A DNA stretch of 62,795 bases, the filler included, from Hausera hauseri (Eukaryota), in assembly GCA_046269625.1 (NCBI GenBank). It is 12 parts of 12 records of this genome, joined end to end, with 100 filler letters (N's around TTAATTAATTAA, not from the genome) between each part and the next. Parts side by side here need not be neighbours in the genome. Positions count along the whole stretch, not along the records: positions 36,701 to 42,997 come from JBJURY010116320.1; positions 43,098 to 48,258 come from JBJURY010318383.1; 10 more parts are not named here. The stretch is one strand, 5' to 3'. Position 1 is the stretch's first letter; each line of letters opens with the position of its first letter. The translations under genes were made by a program, and so were the position numbers. Under the pieces are notes generated by a model, which saw only the letters and a program-made list of their open reading frames with translations, was not told the DNA's origin and did no database searches. This document shows positions 36,701 through 48,358 of the stretch, in pieces.

Positions 36701-39170
36701 GAAGCACTACGTAAACCAAATGGCATAAAGATATACTCATAAAGGCCAAATGGAGTAATAACAGCTGTTTTGGGACATCATCAGGTGCAACCGGAATTTG
36801 ATGATAAGCTTTATGCAAGTTAATTATGGAGTACGTGTTAGTGTTGGTATGACTGTGCAGGATGTCCTTTATGAGAGGTAAAGGGTAAGCATCCAGGGCT
36901 GTTAGTTTGTTTAACTGCCGATAGTAACCACATGGTCTGTAAGTGCCATCTTTCTTTGTCACTGCATGCAAAGGTGAACCCCATGGAGAGTTGTATCTTC
37001 GAATAAAGCCAGCCTTTTCGAGTTTACTGAACTCTGATTCAACGGCTTTTCGCCTACAATGTGACAGTGGTCTGACCTTTTGTCTGATAGGTCTTTGGTG
37101 TTCGGTGACTATATGGTTATAAGTTGTAGAATGCGGCTTAAAATTAACGTTTATCTTGAAAGTGCGGAAACAAGAAGTTTTGATGTAGGATTTAAGATTG
37201 AATTCCAACGATAAGAATGATGAGGGCATATTATTGGAAGAGTCAGTATCTGTAATTAATGTAGAATGATTGAACACTTCATTAAGGAAATTCGGTTCAA
37301 CCGACTGTTTCCAGATTGATTTGATCCCACTTAATGAAATTGGAAATATGGATGAATTATTAAGCGTATCGTTAGCAGCCGATGAACAGTATGTAAAATT
37401 GATAATTGAATGAACAGAGGAAAACAAGAAGGTGTACGACTTGTCGTCTGGTAAGCATTTGTTGGTATTTGCAACGTAGTTTCTGTGCAGGAGACATCTA
37501 TGTTTAGAGTCGACTAACAAATCGTATGCAGCCAGGAAATCGGAGCTTATTATTTGAGATCTTATACTGGCTATGTGAAATTTCCAATAGAATTTCCCTG
37601 TTAGGTTGGAGAATATGAAGGACTGTTTTGTGGTACCTACAATGTTCACGGGTTGACCACAGGCAGGGAAGAGTGGAGGAGAGAAAACTATGTTAGATAT
37701 AGGAGCAAAGTACAAAGGAAGAAGTGAAAAGGCAGCTCCTGAGTCGATAAGGATGTCTATGTGTGAGGTGTCTCCAAATAACAGTTCAGCTTTCAACAGA
37801 AAGACTGCAGAGGCTGTGTTGAAACGGCCAAAAGATTGAGCGATATTGCCTATACCAGAATGTGCCGTGGCATCTGGCGGCGTTACTAGTTTTTTGAGGC
37901 TTGTTGGGAAAAGAAGATGAACGATGAGTACGAGGAGGCGAAGAAGATGGGAAAAAACTAGAATTCTTTTTTATAATATTTGCATCCTGGCACATATGAC
38001 CTAGCCTGAGATTAGTATTTTGTGTGATAAATGCAGATTGGACTGTCTACTGCATAAAATGCGTCGTAAAATCTGCAGCCTAAAACAAATTTCCTTGCGT
38101 CTCTGCCGAATTTATTGTGATAAAACCGACTCATTCTTCCATCTTGAGATTTGGACCGGAAGCAGCGCCTGGAAAGGCTACGATTGCGCCAAACACGGTT
38201 TTCACTTCCTGTGGGCTGTAATCGCAGAAATTGCCTGTTTGAGTGTGTCGAACTGTTTCTGCATCATATGCAGTTGCTGTAAAAATAAAGTGTTATCTGC
38301 GTGTGGTGGCGTGTGAGCGGTTGCTGCAGCTACTGGTTATGAGTTATTTGATTGTAAGATGTCGAAATTTCTATCTGCCAACAATGCGAGTTTCTCGAGT
38401 GCCGTTGAATTGTCTACGACAGTAAGCAACGCTCTGATAGAGGTTGGTAGGGAAGAAAGAAAATACCGACAAAGAATATCGGCATTGTTTGTAGGAGTAA
38501 CACCTAAGGAGCTCAGTTGAAAGATTGCGGTTTTAAGGAAATCAGATGGCTTTTGATTTCCTATGGCATGTTCATTGAAGTATTTCTGTATTATTCTGTC
38601 AATGGAAGGATCGATAATAAGTAGGATTGATTCATACGTCATGTCATATGGATTTGAACATATGAGTATGTCGGCAAGATTACTGATTTGCTGTTTGATA
38701 TTTGCTGGAAGAAGCAGCAAGCTGTTCGCCCGCAAGAAAGAATCTGTAATGTGATTGGCTTTAAGCCATTGCAAATGGAATTGTAACCAGGTGCGACTCG
38801 AATTAGTTTTGTCAAGAAAAACATCTGTGCAAGGAAGATTTAGAGATGTGGTTGGTGTGGGGACAGCAGGACGATGACCAGATCTGGTCTTGGTGGAGTT
38901 TTCAGTATAAGAAGGATCGGGGTCCGATTCACCCTGTAGGCGGAAGTGGAGTCAGGTGGGTGGTTTGGGAGGAAAAGAAAGAAAATTGGTCATGGACGTT
39001 AAGTATAGAGCCATGATACGAGATAAAAGTCTGAGGAGTGGAGGAGGAAGGATAGATGTTTGTGAAGGCAATGTAAAGTATCTATGTGTGTCGAACTGAA
39101 GGTATAGAGGTGTATATTATTGAAAATAAATAAACAGGGATAAGGGATGCGGTGCAGTGGGCGCGGTCAC
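36701..39170 (-). mobile_element. CsRn1-like Ty3/Gypsy element: UBL leader, Gag with CHCC motif, protease, RT start; decayed
   Basis: Gag ITDSFLRANSLL...GNQKPSDFL...FLSSLP...LEKLALLAD. Degenerate C-x2-H-x9-C-x3-C motif near 37985-38035. Protease LIDSGAAFSLLP...IISSDFL. RT SPWGSPLHAVTKKDGTYRPCGYYRQLN...DAYPLP...AYHQIPVAPDDVPK. Confidence 0.88.
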
Positions 39171-39321
39171 GCTCGATGCCTTAACCAATTCATTCATTGG
39201 CTGCGCATTAAGGCCGGGGCCATCTCTCAATAATAAAAAAACAGCTCTATCCTGATCAGAATTATTACAGTTCTGAGATGATGTATAAGTTTGATGTAAA
39301 TTATAAACACTGTTCCACATG

Positions 39322-40212
39322 TTAGATGACAATATACTGATATATGAATATCTCACAACAACCTTGTAATGATAGGGACTCGGAATCCCGATCATCCACA
39401 TATTCATCGATTAGTATTGGCTTCGAAGAAATACTTTTTTGGAAATTGGCGTTGGCTCGGATAAGTTTACCAAGTGCAGGTTGATCATCAGCCTCGTCAA
39501 TCTTAGTGATTGTATTATCCCAATCACGATAATCGTTTCTTTTTTTTAAATAATTTATGGTATTCCTTGGGTCAAGATACGTTTCAACAACGATAGGCCA
39601 CATTTCATCTATGATGTCAAACTTCGATAAATGTTCAACCCTCACTGGAGATGTTCTTAAATTGTTTAGATGTTTAATAATTTTCCATAGTAGCCCATTA
39701 TAACCGGTACGCATGGTTGCACAATACCCGTCTGTCAAATTAATTGTATTAAGGAAAATATCGATTGGATGCACAATGGTAATTCGATTAGGGGATTTAA
39801 CTGAAATGTCGGAAAACATTGCATCGAGAATGTTCAAAAGACCGATAAGAAAAAGCGAGTTCCATGGATATTCGGTAATGCATTTCATTATAGACGATAA
39901 GAGTTTAGATTCGGCGAGTATTGTATCCAACTTGGTATTTTTCAGTTTAATTAAATACACCACCAAAAATCCAAATTCCAATCGAATAGGATCATATGGG
40001 ATAATTTTATCTATATTGACAATTCCGGTTGGAATACTTGAAAATATTGACCTGAACCATTTTGAAGATCGAACAAAGTTCCATAGCTTGTCCAATTGGT
40101 TTTCGTAAAGGCGGATTGTGGCTACTGTCATGAAAATATTCACTTGGCTCAACGTAGTGGACAGAGTGACATTTAGCGAAGGTATGGTGTCTACTGTATT
40201 GAATTCATCCAT
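39322..40212 (-). pseudogene. SAPS-domain (PPP6R/SIT4-associated protein) C-terminal fragment
   Basis: PYDPIRLEFGFLVVYLI...SIMKCITEYPWNSLFL, RTGYNGLLWKII and WPIVVETYLDPRN match SAPS motifs (PLG..RL...L...F..Y.WNNFLH; R.GYMGHL..IAN; W..F....L...N). The N-terminal SAPS half is not present. Confidence 0.65.
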
Positions 40213-40289
40213 CGTAAACAGCCCAAGTCGAAATTGGTAAACACACCATTCAAGGGAATTTCCAGTCGAAAACACGATTTGTCATAACG

Positions 40290-42420
40290 ATTAATACACC
40301 AGGCCAATGGACCATTGGCTGAAACTAAATAATAGAAACCGCACGGTCCCAAAGCCTTCCACTTTATTTCGTCATTTGGAAACCAGGCATCATATTGATT
40401 TACATTTTTTACTATGGTCATGTCCATTTCAGAATATTCAGTAACGTGCTGAGCATATATTCGCTACTGCGCCCGGCTACTGGTGTCTTTTTATCATGTC
40501 GTATAAGTTGTAGCTTCTTTTCGGTAGTAAAGGTGCCATATTGAGCATAAGTACATTTGCCCAATATGCCATTAAACTCCTCTTAGAACACATAATCCGT
40601 TGAAATCGAGGAAGTTGACTCCATAGTGTAGACCTTGATTGAGGCAATGGTAACTCAATCTTCGTCGTATCGGTGAGAAAGACTTCCTTATGCAAAACAA
40701 ACAAGATCTCTGATCGTCTTAACCGGCTTCTTCTCAATTTTACTTATCAGTCCCATGTTTAACAAAGACTCCAGTAAATCGTTTATTTTACGGATATTTT
40801 TCCCCTGGATAAGATTCAGTAAAAGCGGTTCATTAAACGTGTTCAGATGTTCCAACGTTATCCATCTCAGAGAGTCGTTGGTCAAATAATCATGGAGACT
40901 ACACAAATAATTCCGTGGACCGAAAATCAAACAAAAAATCAACGAGGGCATTTTAAAAAGAATGCCATTGGCAGTAAATTCTCCCGATTCACACTTCATC
41001 CATAGGTGAAATGTATCTTTTCCACATATGGTCGTTAACGTACACATTAAAAACGAAGCTGTCCATCTTCAATTCGTCAGACAATTGAATTTCGGAATAA
41101 ATTCCATAGCAAATGTACTAAATGAATTCGTGAAGTAACTTCCGTTTCAACATTATTGGGAGATATGGTAGTTTAAAATCAGGAATAATTTGCGAATCAG
41201 AATGATTTGGTACTGGAAATCTTGATTTGACCAATATGTTTAAAACCGGACAAATTTTCTTTTTCTTCGATCTACCACTGAAGTGCGTCTCGATTCTGAA
41301 CTTACAAATGTTGCCATTATTGGCCTTAGCGAACATCAGTTGGCTATCGAATTTTTCCCTAAATAACTTATCCTCCTTTGTTATCCCCGAAAAAACAATC
41401 CATTTACACGACACGGTTTTCAACCCAGTATCGATATCAACGTTTATCATTTCCACTTGTTTCGCATAAACTGCATCTACCAAAATCCGACTGATACACT
41501 TTCTGTCCATAATTGCTTCCAAATTTCGACTTGCTTCCCAATCACGAATGAGTTTGATTGCCAACGGTGCTCCTTAAATAATCCACATTGATTTGATAAG
41601 TTCGATGAAATAATTATGTCGCTCTTGACGCTTACTGATGGGCATTTCAATATTGCCCATTTTCAATTGGTCATTGGTTGACAATTTTGATGAATTCAAA
41701 CCTTCAACATTCTTTTGACAGATTGCATAAAATGCCAGTGTTCGTTTTTTGATCGACTTTATACTACGCAACATTTGTTTATTTGAATCATTTTATCTAA
41801 AATACGTGATAAGTATCGTTTGGACATTTTGAATGCCAATCGGATTTCATTGAAACTTAGAGGTTGTTTAGCCAATAGTTCTACAATTTGCACTTCTATC
41901 GGTTTGTAATTGATCAATGGGACATGATCATTTGCTAAAGCAATATCCGGCAGTGGATCAGAGTCACTTTCTCGTGTGAGTATCAAATCTTCTGTATGCT
42001 GATGTAACTCTTCTAACGCTAATTTTACATCCTCTTGGGCTTTAATAAAACAAGCAGGTTTGTCAACATCGGCCTTATCATCATCGATACAAAAGTCCTT
42101 TTTATACTCTGCCAACCATTCTTCATTCGATCGACCTTCGTCCATATCACAGGAAACAACATGTTTATATGTAGCTGTGACTTTATCTAACCAATTTAAA
42201 TGCACTGCTCGTTTTAGAAATTTGTCATTCAGTTCAAGGATGTTATTAAAGGTTGACTTTAAAACACATTATGAAGTTCTCAGACGAATAAAGAAATTTT
42301 TGAAGGGATTGTTCAAAAACACTGTAAAATGGATGATAGAATTGTGATGTATGCTTTGGCGTATTGTGAAATATTTTCTGACACCAATCTGCTTCCGACG
42401 ATGATAAATCCATGAGCAGG
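40290..42420 (-). pseudogene. GTF3C1: Fragmented homolog of TFIIIC largest subunit (GTF3C1/TFIIIC220), central winged-helix region
   Basis: Collinear motifs: winged helix LSFNEIRLAFKMSKRYLSRILDKM; KRQERHNYFIELIK...MDRKCISRIL; LPYLPIMLKRKLLHEFI*YICYG (cf. GFLPKMPRL...H.FLWYLIYG); ILFKMPSLIF...YLTND...LESLLNMGLI; VFLTDTT...YWANV...PL; ALGPCGF. Contains in-frame stops and frameshifts. Confidence 0.65.
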
Positions 42421-43699
42421 TTCAGAAATTCCAGATCACAAAGAACGAAAATCCAGATAAGACGGATTGACAATACTTTATTTAGTTTCAAAATTCTTCA
42501 ACTCAATTAATCAATTTTTTACAATTATACATATATACATATATTTACAAAGGCCAAAACGTTCACGATAATCAGACTAAAACACCGCACTGTGATATCA
42601 CAAAATCCTTCTGCATGTTAGTTGGGAAAATTGTAGAAGTGTGAACTGAAGTAACAATCTCACATTCTCGTTGACAATCGATAATCCATAGGCGATTTAG
42701 GTCGTTGTTCGTACAAATTGGACGCTCCAATGTCACGAAAACTTTAATTTTTCTGACATGATTTTTTGTTTTCTTATTATTTGAATGCATGTCGTTGCGC
42801 GGATTTGTTTTGAGACACTTGTTTTTCTTTAGTGATAGAATTATTCGACTCAGTTAAATTGGAATCAAATTTTCTCAATGAGTCAGTCAAATAGCTGGCC
42901 GAATGATTGGAATCGGATGATAACGGTTATTGTTTTGATAATTTAAACTTTCCTAATCTGAATCGTAAATGTTAATTGACGTTACTTCAATTCGTGCNNN
43001 NNNNNNNNNNNNNNNNNNNNNNNNNNNNNNNNNNNNNNNNNTTAATTAATTAANNNNNNNNNNNNNNNNNNNNNNNNNNNNNNNNNNNNNNNNNNNNGTA
43101 GCAGAAGTATAATCTTTCTTCTGCTGTTTTTTCTTATTATTCGACTTCGAGGCATCTCCTCTACGTAATCTACATGATTTAGCTATATGCCCATATTTAT
43201 TACAATTAAAGCATTTTAGTCTCCCTTCGGAGTCTATATTAGGTAAGGATCTTCCATCCTTTTTAGTTCTCTTTTTATAACTTACTTTTTCTCCATCATT
43301 CCGTAGATTGAATCTAACTTTCTTTTCTCCGTCTGACTCGGCTTCTGTAGCTGACGTCTGGGAAGGACTTCTATTTCTGTCGTAACGCTGATACTTTTGG
43401 GTACTATTGTTTCGTCTTTTATCGTAGCTATTATTATTGCTTTTAGATCTGTTCCACCTATATAGTTCCGCGTCTCGTTCAGCTTTCCGTGCCTTTCTTA
43501 TTGCTTCTTGGAACGTCGGTGGGTCTGCTTGAGAAATTATCGTTCTTAATCTTTCTTCTAATCCGTATTGGAACTGGGATGTTTTCGTCTACGGGTATCC
43601 ATACTTCTCCAAATTTTCTATCCTTAGCATTTTTCACGCCTTTATTCGGTCTGATTTCTAGTAACTTCCCTGTTTGTAAATCGATTGCTATATTTGGTA

Positions 43700-43990
43700 A
43701 TCTTTTCAGTAGATCACATCCTAGAACTACGTAATCGGTTAATTGCTCCATAACTGCAACTTCATGATGGAAAAACTGTCCAACTATTTGAACTTCTGGG
43801 TTCCATTTAAACATTGGTTTCGACATTTGGCCAAAAGCTCCTGTACTTCCTGGATCTTTCGTAGACGGTGGATATAACTGTCCTCTCAGCGTTTGAGATA
43901 TTGAATCATTTTTGATGTAAGACATCTCAGAGCCCCTATCAATTAATGTATAAACCTCCCAATCTTCAATAATAATCTTAGCGAAAGGTC
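43700..43990 (-). pseudogene. Retropepsin-type aspartic protease
   Basis: RPFAKIIIEDWEVYTLIDRGSEMSYI...GAFG...VVLGCDLL. The catalytic DTG/DSG reads DRG here; AGG is one change from ACG. Confidence 0.8.
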
Positions 43991-44689
43991 GTCCTTCGAT
44001 TACTGTTCGGAAACAATTTGACGCTACGCTTGGACGTTTGATCACCGATATTTTATGTCCATTGATTCGGATTTCTGGGGAGGATACTATGTTCTCCGAT
44101 ATCTGTCTTAACTCTTCGCTTGGATATAATTCGTTGTTTTCGATGTTTAATTCCGCCGTTTCGTGAGTACTAATTAACGATTCTCGATTGTTAGTGTGTA
44201 GCTCGGTATGTTGGAAGGTTTTTAACCTCGGTTTATCCCAAACCATCGATCTAGTTTCTATATTTTTAGGTTCTCTTGGTGAGTATAACATCTTGGAATC
44301 ATCGGTGGTTTGTCGATAGCACATTCTTCGTAAAATCCCGTATCGTTTGGTTCATTCATAAGGGTCTTCTACGTTGATTGTTCTTTTATAGATTTTCGTC
44401 TGATATGAGCTCATTGAACGTTTATCACAATCTTTATAGAATGGGGCGGAAGGAGGTAGCATAGGCAACGGCGCTTTAATGACAGAGTAAGTCTTATGTC
44501 GGTTTATTCCTGAAAGCGCTTCTCCTCCCTTAGGTTCGTCATCATCTGAATCATTTCTTCGCGAATTATGTTTTGTAAATTTCCGCTTTCGCAAGAATAT
44601 GGACCTTCCTCTTCGTTTATAACAATAGTAACTGACATGGCGTTCTACGTCCCATTTCCATCTATTCTCTTCGTATGCCTTTAAGAATT

Positions 44690-46449
44690 TTGCAAAAGGC
44701 GTTATAATTGCAGTCAATATCTTACATGAAAATCCAGTCAATGTAAATATTTCATAGCCATTTATTACTGCTTGGATGACTGCTTTAATTATGTGTATCA
44801 GAAAATAAATAGGTAAGAATCCGGATGCAGCTTGTCCGAATATCAGAAATCTTCCCCGTATTTTGTATAGTATCTCAGTTGTCACTCGCGGATAATGGTT
44901 TACGCCAAGTAAAGATTCCCATTTAGCCTGGTATCGTGTATCGTCCACTACAGAAGCCATAGCTCGATTTAACTCGTGTGTTCGCTGTCGTGGGAAGGCA
45001 AGGAATTGCTTAAAAGCCTCAATTTCCTTCGGTCTGTGTATGCCTTTCGATGAAGTGTCCTGAAATTTATCGTCTGTAATTCCTTTCGCGAGATTTAGTC
45101 ATGTTAATTTATTTGGAGCGGCAATAATACCTCCATTTGGCAAACTGACCCAATCTGTCTCATTACGTCTAAACATAGGTTCTCCTAAGCTTGCCTTACA
45201 ATTTTTAAGAATGGTCGGTTGGGTAGCGTTGTCCAATAACACTCGTCAGCGGTGTAGCTAATCTTGGAATATTTTGGTAAATAACAGGAAGTTCCTGAAT
45301 GCAACGTTTTTTCTAAGTTGATAGGTACATCTCTCTTTTCACATTCATAGGTTATCAATACTTCACTTGTAACTCAACCGAATATTCCTTCTCTCATAGG
45401 AATTATTGGAAAAGCCAGTTCTGAGTTTGCATATATCAGAGCCATTTTCGTTCTCATGATTTCCGTATCCAATTTGAAATCATTCATTATCATTTTATGA
45501 TATAATTCTGTTATTCCGACTTGTCCTTTGTAGTAAAAGTAATCGTCTCTATTCTTCAGGTAATCTTCGATGCGGACATCCTGCGTTTCTAATTTATAAG
45601 CTTTTGCATTTATTCCCGTTTCTGCGACGAAAAATGCCCCATAATTCGTAGCAAACATCACTACATCACAGCGAAAGATCACCTCTTTTTTAATAGATTT
45701 CAATCCATGTTGATTCGAGATTAATATAGTGGTTGTAGAGTGTTCTGATACATCCTCACGTGTCCTGGAGTTGGTTTCCGATTTGTCCACATATCGCTTT
45801 CCTGTAGTCTCATTAAACTTTAGTTCCTTAATTTTAATAAACTTGCAACATCTTTTAGAGAGGAGGCTCCCATATTATAACCGAACTTCTAAAAGTACAG
45901 GTTCTGTTTTGTAAATGACATTTTTGATTCTCGGTATATAGTTCGGTGACAATATGGAACATTACTTTCTGTGATCGCATTTCTGATTCGTAGAAATCCA
46001 CAACCACCACGTTTGCTTCTAATCCTTTTTCGGTGTCGTATTCTGCTCCATTACAATGTCCGCTATGCATATCCAATCTTCTGGCCACTATTTTGTATGC
46101 CCTGATTATTTTTCCTGGTTGCATCTCTAATTGCATACTATCCCATTGTACTCTTCCAGTTTCCTTGGCTTGTTTGCAGTGTTGGCGTTATAAGTACAGT
46201 GGAATTAGTGGAGTGGTTGGCTTGATTATGGATAAGTGTCCGTGTACCAACCCACAGTGAAAAATGCTGCGTGATCGTCTTAGCATAAATTCCATTCCAT
46301 TTAGCGATATCAGTTCTTGCTGCTGATACAGGAAGTAATTTTTCTATTTTGTATCCAACTTGTGTGGTCTGGCATCTTCGCATACTTCCAGATCCATTAG
46401 GGAATACTCTGTCCTCATTTAAACTTATTGCAGTCGTAAACGGTTACAG
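44690..46449 (-). pseudogene. Chuvirus-like (class III, herpesvirus gB-fold) envelope glycoprotein, frameshifted
   Basis: Starts VTVYDC after a signal peptide. Cys spacing C...C-x8-CG...C...GHCNG..Y...VVV...C-x5-C...IIWE; LYHKMIMND.KL..EIMRTKMAL..ANSELA; G..GRVT.EVL..YEC; LATPLTR; GI..PKEI..F..FLAFPRQR; FLIFGQAASG...IIKAVIQAVINGY...GFS.KILTAI. This follows the chuviral/Anakin-type glycoprotein pattern as recalled; no search was run. Confidence 0.75.
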
Positions 46450-48358
46450 CGCCTATATGCTTTACTAGCATCATCAAGGTGAGTAAGCTAATTAGCCAAT
46501 TTGATTTATTTTTCCGGCATCCAACGTCTGCCGTGGTCAAATTACGTAGCATATGGTCGAGTTTATTACTGTTTCGTCTGTCTTCTTTACTGTCAAATAG
46601 TCTTGACCAATTTACTTTATAGGGCAATCTTCTTGCTGCTTTTGGTGCTAGGCTTACAGCTCTATTGATTTCGTTCTCTCGATTAGGGTTTATTTTGACA
46701 GCCAAGTATAGTAGTACTTTTCGCAACTCCTCGTTGGTGTTTTCCACCATGATATTTTGATTACCGATTCGTCGGCTAAATTACTTTTCGATACCTTAAA
46801 ATGTGAACTTCACATCCTACTGGCTGCATCGAAAATTATTTTTTCTTTACCATCTAGTGTGTTAATCCGGAGACCCGAATAATTTACAATTCGTATTAAA
46901 TTCTTCATTAACTCATTTAATTATTCGTTACTTGTACTAAATGTCGGAATCGACATCTGTCTTAGTTCTTGAATCAATTTTCCGTTATAATCAAGTTCTT
47001 CTCGTGTCTTTTTAGGCCTGCCAAATGGGCGTTTAAGCTTTGGGCCTTTAGCGGTTAGTTCACTCCGTGGTACTAAATTTATATCGTATTGTTCCTTGTC
47101 TTCATCCGTTTGTAAATACTCTAAATACATTGCAGCATCTCGGACGCCCATAATTTGTCCTACGCATTGCTCTTCCTTAGCTTTGCGAGTAGCTTCTTTT
47201 TTGTCTGTTCGTTAGCCATCGTTACTACTATTCGGTTTCTTTCGCCGGGAGTAATCCCGATATCTATTAATTGTTCTAGGTCGTCGAGTATTTTGCCTCT
47301 AAAATAAATTCTATAATTTAGCTCATTTGTTCCGCCATTATGTAACAACCATTCTCTAACGTCCCTTACATAAGAGTAAGTGGTTAGCTCACATTTTTTT
47401 TTGTCCATCCACTTAGACGATACCATTACTTTTACCGTTACCTCGGGTTTTGCCTTCAAGATTTTAGCATGTTTCCTTATCAAAAGTTTCGGCACCGTGT
47501 TATAAATGGTATTCTCACTAGATAATTTAGTTAATGTAGGAATAAGTTGTCTTAACTTACTTTCAGTAATGTTTACATTAATTAATTAAATTAAATCTTT
47601 TTTAGTTAGCGCTGAATCCAGGAGCATCTCCACATTGAATTTCTTGTTCTGCGGACACGTTTCTATCTCATTTAGTTGCACTGGAGTCGTGGGTTTTTCG
47701 GCCGTTATTGTCTCTAAGTACGCATCCCATTCCTATTCATTTCTTATATACGGAAGTCCATAGTCTACTAAGGCTATATTCATTCGTTGCACATTTTCTC
47801 GGGTTTCTTTCAATCTCGGTTATATTTCTTTCATCTGCGTAGTTCGGAAGCCTATTCCGTTTCCACGGGCATACTGAATCATTTTCAATAATTCGCCTAA
47901 ATTATTGGAATTGATAAATCCCTTTTGGTGATAATTAGTTAGTTCAATAATTACATCCCTTTGCCATCTTTGTACAAATTCTCGCTTTTTTATTTCTAAT
48001 TTTGTAAAAGCATAACTGTTTTGATAGATTTTGAGTTCTTTTGCTAGTTCATGCAGTCTCGTTGCTCTTTGTTTTGTTTTGATACATGTTTCTTCTACTT
48101 GCTGTAATTTGGGCATCAGTTGCCACATCCTCTCATCATTAATCTCCTCCATTTCCACCAATAGGTAAGCTAGCCCATATATCTCGTTTATGACTTTTGA
48201 ATCTGGATCCATTGCATCCCGCAATTTCTTTACGAATTTAGCTTCCTGAAAACTGAGANNNNNNNNNNNNNNNNNNNNNNNNNNNNNNNNNNNNNNNNNN
48301 NNTTAATTAATTAANNNNNNNNNNNNNNNNNNNNNNNNNNNNNNNNNNNNNNNNNNNN

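Larger units (their letters stand above)
43098..48258 (-). mobile_element. Env-in-polyprotein retroelement, copy 3: helical region, UBL, AT-hook, glycoprotein, TM, tail, protease, second CCHC; decayed
   Basis: Overlaps copies 2 and 4 over the DAMDPD...UBL...signal region, then extends through the glycoprotein, retropepsin and knuckle KCFNCNKYGHIAKSC (43172-43213). Confidence 0.88.

Noticed and set aside
41110-41580. Alternative genetic code (TAA/TAG reassigned) to explain stops in GTF3C1
   Set aside because: The stops fall at different expected residues (E-like and W-like), frameshifts also occur, and the Ski2 and hAT ORFs end normally at TAA.
44690-46449. Glycoprotein as a stand-alone integrated chuvirus genome
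   Set aside because: No nucleoprotein or L polymerase nearby, and it is fused to the same retroelement sequence in three copies.
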